Positions 1 through 13,330 of a stretch of 64,000 bases of DNA are shown piece after piece. The notes under the pieces were generated by a model that worked only from the letters and a program-made list of their open reading frames with translations, was not told the origin of the DNA and searched no databases. Origin of the DNA: Phoronis australis (taxonomy: Eukaryota > Animalia > Phoronida); contig NMRA01000051.1 of the NCBI GenBank assembly GCA_002633005.1, forward strand, positions 685,273-749,272, given 5' to 3'. Numbering within the stretch: the stretch's first letter is position 1; the number at the start of each line of letters is the position of its first letter. The position numbers were made by a program, and so were the translations under genes.

Positions 1-20
1 TATCTCAAAGGCACAAATAC

Positions 21-130
21 CGTAAAGTCTCCGTCTTCGCAGAAGGAGTCCATTGGACTGTAGGTTCCCTTCCAGGTTTGCACGTGCATGTTACATTGAA
101 ACTTTGGGGCAACCAAGTCTTTGTACAAGT
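21..130 (-). CDS. DNASE2: DNase II paralog A, exon 6 (gene continues past the left edge)
   Basis: tttcag acceptor and GT donor. Reads (D)LYKDLVAPKFQCNMHVQTWKGTYSPMDSFCEDGDFT. 110 nt, same as paralog B exon 6. Confidence 0.9.
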
Positions 131-802
131 CTGAAAGTCACGACAAAGTTCAGGTTCTAGGGAACAGGAAAGGAAGGTAAGTGAAATAAAATAAAATAGA
201 ATAAAACAGAATATACATGTAAAAGGTACGTCGGTTTCAAACTTTTGATTTAAATTCAAAGACCTGGAGCTCAAAAAGTTGGTGACAAATTGTGGTTATG
301 ACACTTATATTTCGGCGTAAGTTTACGGAATGTTACATTTTTAAGGCAACGTCTGCTCTTATCGGCCTTTAACAACGAAAAGTCTCGCTTAAGTTTTGCT
401 ACAAAAAGATATTGTTTGATTCATATTCGGGGACAATTGATCCTGCATATATGAAATAGCCGCGGTTGTAATCGTTTGTTTTTCTAAGTCTATTAAGCAC
501 GATGTGAGTGTGTCTGATATTACAGTACAGTTGTAGGATATTAGTAAAGGAGCCATTGTCTTGAAACTTGATTGGCAACCTATGAATGAACGCTTGAGAC
601 CTTGAACATTATGAGAACCATTTCTGAAATGGCCATATAGCAATTATTACACAGACTACGCACAGAATGTCGTCTCACAATCCAGACCAATGCACATTTC
701 TACATGTGCGGAACGAGTTAAGCCATTTCATAATGCCTATATTTTCCCTAACAAACAGAATCATCTAAACAGAATTGCAATTAGAAGATTTTTACATCAT
801 AC

Positions 803-1018
803 CCAACCCATTTTCCATTTTTCCAGATTTTGCAAAATTGATAAACTGCACGCCACCAAGTGATGTCATTTCCGCTATGTGACTGTCGACGTCCATGAAG
901 AAATGATTATGCGGGTCTTTCATCAAGTCGTTCATGTGACCATTGTTTTTGTCTTCTGCAAACGCCTTGGGATATCGATAGGCGTATATCTTCGGGTGAT
1001 TCTGCTTGAGTTGTCGTC
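803..1018 (-). CDS. DNASE2: DNase II paralog A, exon 5
   Basis: AG/GT bounded, 216 nt. Reads (G)RQLKQNHPKIYAY...MTSLGGVQFINFAKSGKMENGL, with the DNase II 'SxGGxxFxxFAKS' motif. Confidence 0.9.
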
Positions 1019-3018
1019 CTGAATAAATAAAATGAAATACACACATGTGGCCAAAACAAACCTTACTCTAAGATACTTGTGAGGATTTACGATATTAGGA
1101 ACCGTATGTGAAATTGTGACCCTTCTATAGTCCCGTTTTTTCCACGATAGATGAGAGCAGTTGGATATGAATGTGACTGAGCCTCAACTTAATATTTTTT
1201 CTCGTATTAACCTTTTCGTAATCGAACATTTCTCACTGTTGTCGTACAATCCATATGAATTCATTCGTATATTTACAACACCGGATTCTCGATCATGACT
1301 CTTTAACTGATCTTCGAAGTCAAGCTCGAACTCAAACTCCAAATGAGCGATCATATTGCTGCAGAAATTTATCAGCAAACTTCAGCACCCATCACCAAAG
1401 ATATGGCAGTAGCACATAAAATTAAGCTCGTTGTCAATTTGACCGATATTGAATATTCCACAAATTCTATCACTCTCGGTTAGCCAATGATAAACTTCGT
1501 AGCCAATTAGTCTCTGACAAATGCTGAAAGGATTAAATGTTCGTCACCCAGTCCGTCTACCCATACATGTAACTCTCCTAAGCCGTGAGTATGCAAAAGC
1601 ATCTTTACAGAATGTGTCCAGTAAAGACGATGCCATCGTCTCTACTTAGCAGAAGAGTCGCTGATTCTCCATAGGGCATCCGTACACCGGAAGCTTTTCG
1701 GTGAATTATGCCGCACACCGATTAAACCATCAAGGTCGAGTTGCTATAAATACCTTTTTGCGCATGAAGATACACGCTATGAGACCGTCAATGTCTTTAA
1801 TTCCTTCTAACTCGAACATATACTCAGGTACTCGATTTTTTCGACGTCATACATGTACCCCTGGCGCGTGCAATGTAGAATGGTCAGTTGCCGATTAGGA
1901 CAACTAAACAAAGGACTACTAGATAAAAAGTTTGATTAGGGGAGTATTTGTTCGAGTTGGAAAGAATATATACATCGACGACATCCCATGGTGTACCTCT
2001 ACGCGCAAAAGCTACTTATACCTACGACACTCTCATGTTTTAATCAGTGTGAGGCACAATTCGTTGAAAAGCTTCCGGTGTATGGAGGCCCTATTGGAAA
2101 ATCACCATCTCTACATGTATACTGTTGAGTAGAAACGGAGGCACTATGGCCAGCAGTCACAAACCACTGCTGTTCACAAGTGGTGACTTTGCTTGCAGTT
2201 TTTGCAAGTAGCGGTTTTCAAAGAAATTTCATGAAATGTGGAATGTGCGACCTTCACAATAGTTTAAAAACATTAATGGGTTATAAAATAATCCTCCTCT
2301 GTTCTGTTCACGTTAGCTGCACTATAACTAGCAACCCAAAATCGATGAAATTTGTCGATAAAAAGACCACAATCAAAATGGAGACTTCGACGTCGGTTTT
2401 CGGCTCCGCCAGGTTGAGATCTCGAGGGTCGGTCTCGTTTATAATTCAACCAACGGCATTTAAGTACAAACTGTTTAGTTTTTTCCTATATTCACTGTAA
2501 TTTGCCAGTTTTTAGAAAATTCTGCTCCAAGCACGTACAGTTTTCGTTGCAGCTCAATTGGAGTGTCTCCAATCAACACATCATCAACAAAAGTTAGATA
2601 ATGCACAATGAGCATTAACAAAGATTCCTCTGACACCACACTCTCCTAAATTAGAGACTAAACCACTCACAAACAAGAAGAATGACCATGGGCTTAGATT
2701 GCATACTTGCCCAACACCGGTTTTGCATAATAAGCATTAAAAAGTCTCGGTGGATTCTGATGGAGAAACGAATGTTGTAAAATGAAAACATAACGACGGA
2801 CTGTGAGAAGGATCTTAAGTTCTAAAACGCAGAACTCAACGAGGATGAGAACGACTTTTTAGATAAACATTGTGTCTTTGTAGCCGTAGGTTTACTCATC
2901 TCTAATGAAAGCAGTTGCCAATATTTCATGATGGCATTGATGATATATGAGTGAAAAATATAATCTCTACAATTTTATTATGTAAAGAATCGATTTCAAA
3001 ACAGGATAATGTGCTTAC

Positions 3019-3174
3019 CAAGGGTATCCAGTACGTCGTAGGCCATGCTTATGCAGAGAAACGTCTGTGCTTTCGACAAACCCGAGTGTGGGTAGCAGTA
3101 GCCTTCACTGGTCGGGAAGTTTGGTAAGGAATGAATCATCCAAAATCCCGTATTTTTATCGAATGCAGAGAATC
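3019..3174 (-). CDS. DNASE2: DNase II paralog A, exon 4
   Basis: AG/GT bounded, 156 nt. Reads GFSAFDKNTGFWMIHSLPNFP...AQTFLCISM, with the DNase II 'GFWxxHSxPxFP' motif. Confidence 0.92.
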
Positions 3175-3739
3175 CTACACGATAAAAACGCCACTGTTCG
3201 TCACCTTTGGTTAATTGCGAGTGCTCGTTACACATGTAGTTATTAATTCGTCATCTCTTGTCAAAGTGAAAACGACAATATAAGACAACTTAACAAGAGT
3301 GACACAAAAAGTATTAAAATGTAACATTAATATCTGCATTCGGTAATAATGGTCAGAACGATTTGTCTTTTTACTCATCTTCACATCACATGATCTAGAA
3401 TGAAGTCTGTAAAGATTTCTGTTCCGCCCCGGTACCGAACAGGGGGCTTTCTACAAATTGTGATTTGACCAACAAATATGTTATGCAAGGAGACTAATAA
3501 CTCTTACGTGTATCGTATCAATCCGTTGATCGTGATACACTTCATACGAGGTCTATTCTCTTCAGTGTCCGAGATAAATGAGTGAGGAAGTCTTTGACGT
3601 ATACACGCGTATAAACCCACGGGACATTAATAAGGAAATGAAGATGCGCCTGTGTGACGCATGTGCCTTCATCATATGCGAAACATTTGAGTAAAAGCAA
3701 GGTTTGCAACCCACTACAGAAGTTTTGCAATAGACATAC

Positions 3740-3842
3740 CTTTAGCATGCGCCCATGTGGGTCCCACGGATTTCTTGTCACTGGACTCGCAACTTGTAGG
3801 TTGTGTGGGGTACTGGTCACTGTATATGAAATACATCGACTC
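3740..3842 (-). CDS. DNASE2: DNase II paralog A, exon 3 (first HxK motif)
   Basis: AG/GT bounded, 103 nt. Reads ESMYFIYSDQYPTQPTSCESSDKKSVGPTWAHAK(G). Confidence 0.9.
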
Positions 3843-5514
3843 CTGTGCAAGATTTAGATATATTAAACGTTTTAAATAAACATAATTGTACGTAACTACG
3901 GTTATGTAGGACCTTGGGAAAATGTTCAAAGTTTTATAACTTCGGAACATCATATCTCAAAAAAATCGGTTGTAATAAAAAAAAAAATGCTTGATGCCAT
4001 ATTTTGCACTATTCTCCACTATTTGCCCAATTTGCACTAGAGACTTTTAGGGCTTTTATCACAGAATGTGACGGTGTTTAAACGAAAACATAATGACATC
4101 TCATCCTGAACATTTACATCAAATGAATTTTGATCGTCGGTGCAACTGATACTGTTGTTTTGCATTTAATGAACCTTTCCCTTTCCCTGAATAATCCTAA
4201 CGTGACCTTAGTAACGTCAGATTGGTAAAAAGACAAATATCAAACTTCACCGGCTTTCTACTTTCAGAAAATATACAATTTTGTTGATTTAAAATTTTTA
4301 GTTTTGTAGATATTTGGCTTAGTGAGCAGAATCGCCAACAAGGATCTACATAGCCATTATAATCTATTCAAACACAGGTTGGGTAATAAAAATGCTAGGA
4401 GCGGACAAAAGAGCCACTGTGAGTTATGTAACATCTGTCTGGGTCGTGTTGCTTTGATTCGATCGATTACCCAAGGTAAACATTAAAGTTTTAACCCCTA
4501 AAAGTTTAGGTAAAATCGTTGTGGGTAGTATCAAAGGAGCAATAGCATGAAGCTCGTAATCGACAATATTCTATATTACAGAGTTACGTTAAGAAGCTAA
4601 AATTACACAACATATGATTTACGAACAAAACTACAGATGAAACAATTTTGAGAAAAGACATACAATATGTATATAGTGCTTATTACGGTAAGTTATAAAA
4701 CCCAGTTACAGGTACCACAATGCGAGCTGCTAGCCGACTGGTTGACTCAAGTCATTGCTAAACATTCCCGGTTTATTGCAAAAAGAGATTTCTCACAGGA
4801 AAACTTGCTACGTGAATAATGAGATTGTCTGAGTGAAGATCTGAGTTGCTGAAGTTCATTAGTAGTGCTGGTCGTGTATCAAGGAGACGTCTTCAGTTTA
4901 TGGCCGTAAAATCATTTTGGGATTTATTGTTGGGATGGGATAGAGTTGGATTTTGTAGCTCCGACCCGAAGACCCACAGAACAGCAAAATCCAGTGTGTT
5001 TTTATTTTGTTACAAATTGTAAATTGTCGCCGTTGTATGCCAGACTTTTGCGGAACTCTTTATGACTTTGCCATTAGAATACGCTTTAAATAATAAACTG
5101 TAAAGTTGTGCGATTTTTGTTTATCTATGAAGCGTTTGGCTGCCACTGCAGAGCAAGTGGAATCGATTCGTTGTTGTCTACTGTCCTTCTTCATAAAATC
5201 AGTACTGTTCTCGTCGAGAATGCCCTTTTAAATTGTGTAAATTGAACGCGTGCAGTAGCGTGCAGAGGTTTGGTGATGCCCGGGGCCATTTTGAATTGGA
5301 TATCCACCTCTGTCTATGCAGCTGCATGAACCGTAGTACTAAGAAAGCTAAAAAGAATATGAAACATTAAGAAATGATTTAATTTATCTACAAATCAGTT
5401 CCAAACCCTTATTCATAGTGAAGAGGTGCCCAAAACCCGATGTCGATGCCCCTGGGGCCGTCGAACCGTTGCCCCCCACTTCTGCCTGCTACTGAACACG
5501 TATGCTAGTATTTA

Positions 5515-6074
5515 TAGGAAGTGCTAAAGGGTGTTAAACGAGTACCTCTCTGTACGTAATATACTTAATCAACGCGTACCTTTGTTTAATTAACGCGTAA
5601 TTTTAGTTCTTAAACGGTCATAGTTTTGCTCTCATTCAACACATACTTTTGCTTAATCAACGCGTAGTTTTAATCAATCAACGTGCACATTTAGTCCGTT
5701 AATATAGTCCAAACACGGCCCGTGATCTTAATCTCAAAATGGCGAAAGACTTGGCTAAATGGGTGCAAGTCAACTTTTTTAATGTTGCAAATTCTTATCT
5801 TTGACCACGTAAATGATGACGCCGTTAACTTTGTTGGGAACAAATGCGCTTCGAACTATGTTGATTAGGTAAAACTAAGTTTTGATTAAGAAAAAGTGCG
5901 CGTTGAATGACAGCAGAACTACAATCGTTTAAGAACTAAAAGTGTGCCTTGATTAAGTAAAACTACACGTTGATGAAGTAAAACTACTCGTTTATTAAGC
6001 ATTGCCATTCGTCGATTATGCACATTTCAATGCGCAGAAAGGTGATTATTTGAGAACCCTTTGACGCTTCATAT
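5515..6074. mobile_element. MITE-like foldback element in paralog A intron 2
   Basis: Imperfect terminal IR (ggaagtgctaaagggtgtt ... aaccctttgacgcttca), with internal ttaatcaacgcgta-like motifs in opposite orientations in the two halves. Confidence 0.55.
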
Positions 6075-6518
6075 ATTTAGACACGTAAACTGTAAATCAT
6101 GACGATAACGTATGATCGAAGGTTTTGGAGGCAACTAATGAGTAAAGGACCTTTTCAGCGCTTAGTAGTGGCATGTAAAACCTTTCACTGGTTGTAATTA
6201 TCGCCTTGCTATTTGCATGTACTCTCGTGAATCAGAATTAACGACCGTACATGTAAGTTATATGGAACAATTTTCACATTCTGGTCTAATATCCCTCTCC
6301 ATTGACTTGAAATCACTTAAGGGATTCTCGGGAGTGATTCTAACTGGGTTTCACGTCACCGCCCTGTCAGTTATATACATACTTAGGACCTTGTGGTGCG
6401 TGGTTGAACACTGCACGGCCAATTTGTTCTAATCGACGGAGCTTAAGTGTTTTGCTTCACAATCATCGGACTGGCTCAAATTTAATGGAAGAGAATAATG
6501 AATGGAACATTTTCTCAC

Positions 6519-6672
6519 CTCGGACCCCTGATTGTCATAAATCTGCCCCACTGTGTGAGCGATGGCGTGCCCTTGGGGGTTTGTAAGGTCATTATCTGAA
6601 AACCGCCAGGTGGAGTTCCTGACATCCATATAGTAATACCTGGAGCTCTCTGGCAGCTTGTAAGCGATGAAC
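6519..6672 (-). CDS. DNASE2: DNase II paralog A, exon 2
   Basis: AG/GT bounded, 154 nt. Reads (W)FIAYKLPESSRYYYMD...GHAIAHTVGQIYDNQGSE. Confidence 0.9.
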
Positions 6673-7507
6673 CTAAGGGAAGACACATGATGAAGTCGTT
6701 TTATTCATGTTTGATGTTGTTTCTATCCTCGATTCTCTAAGGTCAATACGATATAATAACGGCAAACGACATTCGGTCCGTCCAGAGTGTAAAACATCCA
6801 ATATTTCTGAGGGGATTTCGCCCGAAACTTCCCCAAAACTAGTTTCCTAAATTTTAGGCCGTTCTTCATTTTAATGCACCAAAATAGTGAAATGTTACAC
6901 TATCTGCAATTTCTTTTCAGTTTCATCGGTGTACGTCTCCTAGATTTCAAAGACCAAAGCCCAGCCATTCACCGGACTGCAGGAAAATGGGCATAGCTGG
7001 AAGTCTCTGATGCTACATCGATTTTCTAAGTCGCTGGCACAAACAGTTCTCGCTTGAAAAAAATGTATTGAAAACAAAATTCGTTCTAGATGTTGAATTT
7101 TTTCTCCACCGGTTTTCAAAATCCGGTGGTATGAGTGTATTCTCATGAACTGCTGCAAAATGTTTTCAATTGTTAGTCGTAGAAAAATCTAGCAACAAAG
7201 AACAGACCTAGAATCAGTGTTACTTGCTTTTCTCGAGTCTTTTGCAAGTCAAAAAAACACATGGTATGAACGTGTAATATCTCTACCGGTAATGAAGGCG
7301 AGAACAGTGTAGCAATATTTGCTTAGATCATAAAATCAGCACTTAGTTTGGAGTGGCAATTTGATCGATGACAGGATTTGGCACAAAATAAACATTTTTC
7401 ACAGATTCATGATTTTACATTTTGACGGTTTTTATGTGTTTTAGTATCCCTGCAGGCGTGATCGTTGAAGCAATTAAGAATATAAAAGATGAGAATGTGA
7501 AATTTAC

Positions 7508-7623
7508 CAATCAACAGGCTTTCCTTCTTCGTCAAGACATTGTATAGAGTCTAGGCCTCGTGTTACTACGACAACTGAGCTCCAAATTATATAGAGAATA
7601 CATCCAAAGCAGAGGTTTGTCAT
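7508..7623 (-). CDS. DNASE2: DNase II paralog A, proximal first exon (signal peptide)
   Basis: ATG at 7623. Reads MTNLCFGCILYIIWSSVVVVTRGLDSIQCLDEEGKPVD(W). Ends TG|gtaaat, phase 2, in frame with exon 2. Confidence 0.85.
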
Positions 7624-9746
7624 CGTTATCGTGTGTACAAGTTCTCTTTGTCCAAGAATAACGTTCTGATGTCGTTTGGGTCCTTAGTATATATACATGA
7701 AACTTGTTGACACAGTCCCCTTTTTATGAGCTTTGCAATAACATGGGAATTTGCACTGTTAATGCTTCAGGTCTCCCAAACAATATACCAACCGAAAACT
7801 CTAATGTACTTGTCTTGGAGCGTTTTAGACTTGTTTACCAGCAATGAATACCGATACAATACATCGCCATCAATGGCACAAAACTGTGGTCAGCTCACCC
7901 ACGTACACACGTACTCAGATAACCAATACATTGCTTTCACAGCCAATCAGTGGTAGACTGAAGCGCAGATGCTGGCGAACGCAGTTCATCACTTGTTGCT
8001 TTATACCCCTGTCGTGTACTGACCGAAACTTTGTCTTGGATAAACAGGGAACCTTTTGCAAATGCGCTCATCATTGGTCCTCCTGCCTCTTCTAGACTTT
8101 AACTAACATACGGATTTGTATTGGTAAACCGCGTTGAAAAAATAAATGATAACCTAAATAAATTGCAATCTGTAGGGAAATACATCGTGCACAAAACTAA
8201 CATTAACTACAACTGTACAATGTATTTTATCAACGCTAAAGATTTCGAGGTACGCAAAGCGTTCGTGTTGCATGAGCTCAACCGGAGAGGATATTTTCAT
8301 GTTTGTGTTTATGTCAATCACACATGCAAATACCACATGCAGTTTGCGATTTGCTTTAAAGTGGTCGTCTTTCCCTTTAAGCATATACAAGCGAATGAAT
8401 AAAAATTGAAGCAAAAAAATCACGAATTTATGACGGCAAGTAAGTCTCCGAGATAGCCAACTCGCAGGTGGTCTATTTTCCAATCACTCCAACTTGTTTA
8501 CAGTCAGTCGTCCTACTTCAAACAAACGTATACCCAGTAATACGAATGCAGTTACCACTTACGCTAAAAAAATACTTTGGAGTGTTGATATGTAGCACTA
8601 CTTTATTTTTATTAAGGTGTCAAATGTATTTATTCATTAAAGTATTTATGCCCTTGAAAACATATGAGTTTCAGCATTTCAATGTCCAACGTATAAACAG
8701 TATTGCATGCATCACAGTTAGCCTCCTATATTTTCAATTGCTTACTTTTAATGTGTAGTATTGCACGGTACAGTATTATATTGTACATGACGGGGTTGTG
8801 TCAAAGCATTAATTTATTAGCTGAATTGAAATTAAAAACGACCTTCGAATTGCAGCTTTAATTCCGGTAAACGTAAATAAATTATAAATTTCTTCTGGCG
8901 AGTTCACTTTACAAACAGGAATCCATTCGAAGTTTCCAACCCTTTGTGGGCACTTTTACGAACCCTCTATACGGGAATATCGCACGACACGTGGACATTA
9001 TTTACAGAGCTGTGCTTTTAGCGTGGCTTTTGAGACTTTCCATGCAAGAGCGCCAGGTAACAAGAAAATATTACCCTGATTATAAGCACAATTTTTAATC
9101 TTAAAAGTGAAGATGTACAATATTGTAGGTTCACGTCGTTCCCCTGATCCAGAGAACGGAGACCCAACTAAGAAGCTGCGTGCTCTGTCGGGCATTCAAT
9201 CGCATACGACCTGCCAAGTTTCGAACCTGGAAAAGGACAACCCATCACTCTTACTACGAAACCTAGATAAGCAAATGAATCTGCAAACCTGTTCATGTAG
9301 ATGTATGGGCGACAACTGTTAATTTGCTATCTGTGACGTTAGGAAGTGCGAATACGGCTTCAGTTTCACAAAATTCAAATAAGTGCACAAGTTATGAAAG
9401 TGTTCTAATGCGGTTAATTTGTGTGAATTATAATGCCAGGGTTTCACCTAACATTCTTTTCATTCTTAATCCTGCATGCATTGTTAGACAAATTGTTGCA
9501 TTACCATAGACACAGACTCCCGCGTTATGGAAATAACACCGTTACCTCTATCAAACTCAATTTTAAGCGTTACGTTAATTAGAGCCTTCTAATTTTCAGG
9601 TCGCGACCAGTTTTCTTTCTCATAACTTGAGACATTAACAATGCAATTTTACTGATCAATCTCGCGCGGCCATTCAGACAGGTTTAAACGTTACGAAAGA
9701 AATTCGAGTTTCCGTTGTTCATTAAATTACAAAATGTTGAATTTAC

Positions 9747-9865
9747 CAATCCACCGGTTGTCCATCTTCGTCAAGACACTGTATGTTGCGGTCTAAACTT
9801 CGTGTTGCAACCACAACTGAGCTTAAAATTATACAAATTGCTCGTCCAAAACGCAGATTCGTCAT
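9747..9865 (-). CDS. DNASE2: Second intact DNase II first exon (alternative or orphan signal-peptide exon)
   Basis: ATG at 9865. Reads MTNLRFGRAICIILSSVVVATRSLDRNIQCLDEDGQPVD(W). TG|gtaaat donor, phase 2. More similar to paralog B exon 1 than to 7508-7623. Confidence 0.6.
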
Positions 9866-9951
9866 CTTCGTCTGGTGCAGAAGTTCCTCCTATTCGCTAA
9901 AGACTGGTTCCTAGCTTATAAGAGCAGTTCTACTAATCCTGACGCCTTGGC

Positions 9952-10895
9952 CGTCTGCAGGTACATTATTACCTGTATATAAAAGAATTCTGTTGAATGT
10001 ACCCTCGTGTCAACAACCCTGGATAATACTTAGTGTGATAATATTCATTTATATGCGCTAACTGCGAAGCGATACCGAAGCTAGTTTACGGTGAAACAAC
10101 ACGGGTGAGCGGATGCATCTTTCTGCTGCATCTGTGGCAGCTTGTCACCCACCTTTACAGTTCAACATATTATGTAACTTTTGTAATTACCGATATCTGT
10201 AGTAGTTTAGTTTGTCATAATATATATGACCTTTTAACTCATCTACACGTGTTGTTTCATTGTAAACTAGCTTCGGTATCGCTTCGCAGTCAGCGCATAT
10301 AAAAATGTAAGCTATACTGCTTCGTCCTCATAATCATATTGTTTGGNAAGAAAGTAGTTCTGCTTGTCGCGTCAGCTGTTGGTATCATTATCTCGATTTA
10401 TGACCCACAACGCGTGACTGGACTAAGCCTTTTCAATTTAGCCGGTGGAGCGTGAGACCCCTGAGGTCCCAATCCAGTCCTCACGACAACTTCGCGTTAT
10501 GGTCTGCAGGTACATTATTACCTGTATATAAAAGAATTCGGTTGAATGTACCCTCGTGTCAACAACCCTGGATAATACTTAGTGTGATAATATTCATTTA
10601 TATGCGCTAACTGCGAAGCGATACCGAAGCTAGTTTACGGTGAAACAACACGGGTGAGCGGATGCATCTTTCTGCTGCATCTGTGGCAGCTTGTCACCCA
10701 CCTTTACAGTTCAACATATTATGTAACTTTTGTAATTACCGATATCTGTAGTAGTTTAGTTTGTCATAATATATATGACCTTTTAACTCATCTACACGTG
10801 TTGTTTCATTGTAAACTAGCTTCGGTATCGCTTCGCAGTCAGCGCATATAAAAATGTAAGCTATACTGCTTCGTCCTCATAATCATATTGTTTGG
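9952..10895. repeat. Near-identical direct duplication (549-bp offset), each copy containing a ~55-bp inverted repeat
   Basis: About 9952-10346 matches 10501-10895. The identical 65-aa ORFs at 10105 and 10654 confirm the offset. A single n lies at 10347. Confidence 0.85.
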
Positions 10896-11290
10896 ATTCT
10901 CGGGTCAGTGACCCTCTTTTTATTGGTTTAATTGAACCACGTAATCTCTTTGTCTCGTCGCAACACTGGGCCATCGTCCACACTTATCTCCAAAATTCAG
11001 TTTTCACTCAATTTCTCTTTCCCTCCCTCCCTCAAACCAATTTTCCAGTTTCTTCCCTGTTTATCCTTACATTCCCCATGTCGCTGTCCCGGTGTTGCTG
11101 TTATGCTTTCTATTCACCACTTATGTATACCTTCCTTGCTGCTTGGCAGATTGTCACCCACCTTTACAGTTCAACATATTATGTAACTTTTGTAATAACC
11201 GATATCTGAAGTAGTTTAGTTTGTCATAATACATATGACCTTTTATCTCTTACCACATATTTAGCGTGTCAGAGCCGTTACAACCGTTAA

Positions 11291-12487
11291 AGGAGCATGC
11301 CACCCAAAAAACAACTTAATTTGTATCAATTTACACCGAGTAATTCTACTCCATAACGACACATACGGTTGCGTTGCCTGACACCTGACGGCAGACGGAG
11401 GTGTTGAAATTATGCAATGACGTCATCGGTTTCACACGCAGTCTGTTCAGCAGTTCACAACACGGGTTACTGAAACCCTTAAAAGCACACCGAGTTCTTA
11501 TAAAAACGTGTTGGTGCATTTCGCTTTTACGGATTTATTGGTATTTGGACACACCGTAGCCTACAAAGTTCGGCAGGCCAATGGTCCGTAGCACTGAGGA
11601 GTTTGGGGTCTGTTCGGGATAATTTCGAATTATTTTCCGTGAGATACAGACAGGAGAACCTAGATCACTGTTGTTTAGACTTGTGATTTTTTTTAGTTCT
11701 TAACACAAAACGCTTGTTAGCCTGGCCAGTGGCTCGGAGCCCGATCAGGCCCGTCGCGGCCGGCCGGATTGACTCCGCATTATCCCCGCCAGTGGCTCGG
11801 AAACTGATCAGACATCACGAACATAAACCAGCCAAAGTTCAGTGGAAACTAAATTTCCAGTCAAAAAATACTATGCTAGTGAGCAAAAGTAATGTGCACC
11901 TGATTATGTTGGTGAATTAGCCACGAAATTGCAAATCTACTTACTCGTCGGGGGCTGCGAATTCAGGTTCCGTTTTGGCCACAGCAAGTTTTACAGACTA
12001 TCAATTCGAACAGGAATACAGTGATGGAGAAATACTAGAAAGGCGCCGTGAACAAGCTCAGACAACGGAACGTATGGAGTTATTCGGTAAGCCGGCATTC
12101 GTCGGTCATGCAGTCACTGTCTACGTCTGCAGGCCACAGACACGGATATGTTTCACGGCCTCATACTTGCTATTTACAGCGTACATTTCATTGTTCACTA
12201 CCATGAGCCACTTCCTAAGCATTTCGGACTTTCGAGGAATTAAAAAAATAACGGTATGCCCGCTTTCCTCGCAGCTGCTTAGTTCGGACACGCGGGAACG
12301 ATGCACCGCAACATAGCGGCATTCACTCTGCATATGAACCACTGTCGTTGCTAGCGTCGTTTCTCACCTTCCTCACAGGTTGACACGACACCTCTTGGCA
12401 AGGTAAGGTCGACCGTATGGGAGGCAATGTGGATATAGACCGATTAAGACGGCAAAAAAGACTAATTAAATCGGGAGGCATTCTCTT
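11291..12487 (+). mobile_element. Kolobok-like non-autonomous DNA transposon
   Basis: TTAA on both flanks. TIR aggagcatgccaccc / gggaggcattctctt. Internal coding relic DYQFEQEYSDGE. Confidence 0.6.
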
Positions 12488-12599
12488 TTAAATAACCCAT
12501 TTGGATAATCAACGCTTGCTGAATAACATTTTGGCGAGAACCCGAGGCCCGATTCGAAGTTTCGAACCCTGTTCACTCGAGTTTCGACCTGATCCTATG

Positions 12600-13330
12600 T
12601 GAATATTTATCATGGCGTCACTTTGACGTCATTATGACGTTTTGGATCCAATGTGACAGCATTTTGCAGGTCCAAATTGCGTCGTCTATTCCCTTGACAC
12701 GTCACCACTAAACTTCCGAATTCAGCTGCTGAAGTCATCTCACGTAAAAATACAACACTTAAATGAGGACCGCATTGTACCGACATATATACCTTGTGAA
12801 AAATAAAACGTACAATTTCAATAAAATGACATCTGTAACCCAGCAAACTTTATCTGTCATTTATGTCACCTCTTAATCGTCGATCTCCAGTTTAAATGTG
12901 GGTAACATGTCGTCGGGAATCTGACTTGGGCTCTATACCCTGTAACCTACTTCAGCAGACGATATTTTCACGGCGGAAGCTTAGCATGATAAGATATATA
13001 ATAAACTAGCCTGTTAACTTTAAACACATTTCATAGAAATCATACATTTCTATTGTGTTTAAATTTTTAATTGGTTTTGAGTAAAAGCATTATTTTAGCA
13101 AGAACGATTCGGCTTTTCTTAAAAGGTTACTACCCCCGACCCCGAACCACTGACATAGAAACTACGGTGTAATTACAAAGCCAAGACAAGTCGAGAAAAG
13201 CAAATCGACCCATTGAAATGTTTATCGTTCAGTATGTGGCATAAATAGATTATTAAATGTTCTCAGTCGTTATCACCCGTACATGTATATGGAGCCCTCG
13301 TGGATTTTTGAGAATTATCGCCATCGGGGT
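12600..13330 (-). repeat. Interspersed repeat, inverted copy of ~15170-15790
   Basis: For example, 13081 gtaaaagcattatttt...ggcttttcttaaaagg is the reverse complement of ~15358-15402. Confidence 0.65.

Noticed and set aside
5-274. ORF-track proteins containing PELCRDFQTCTK (also 28468-28776)
   Set aside because: Wrong reading frame. The spliced frame DLYKDLVAP matches DNase II.
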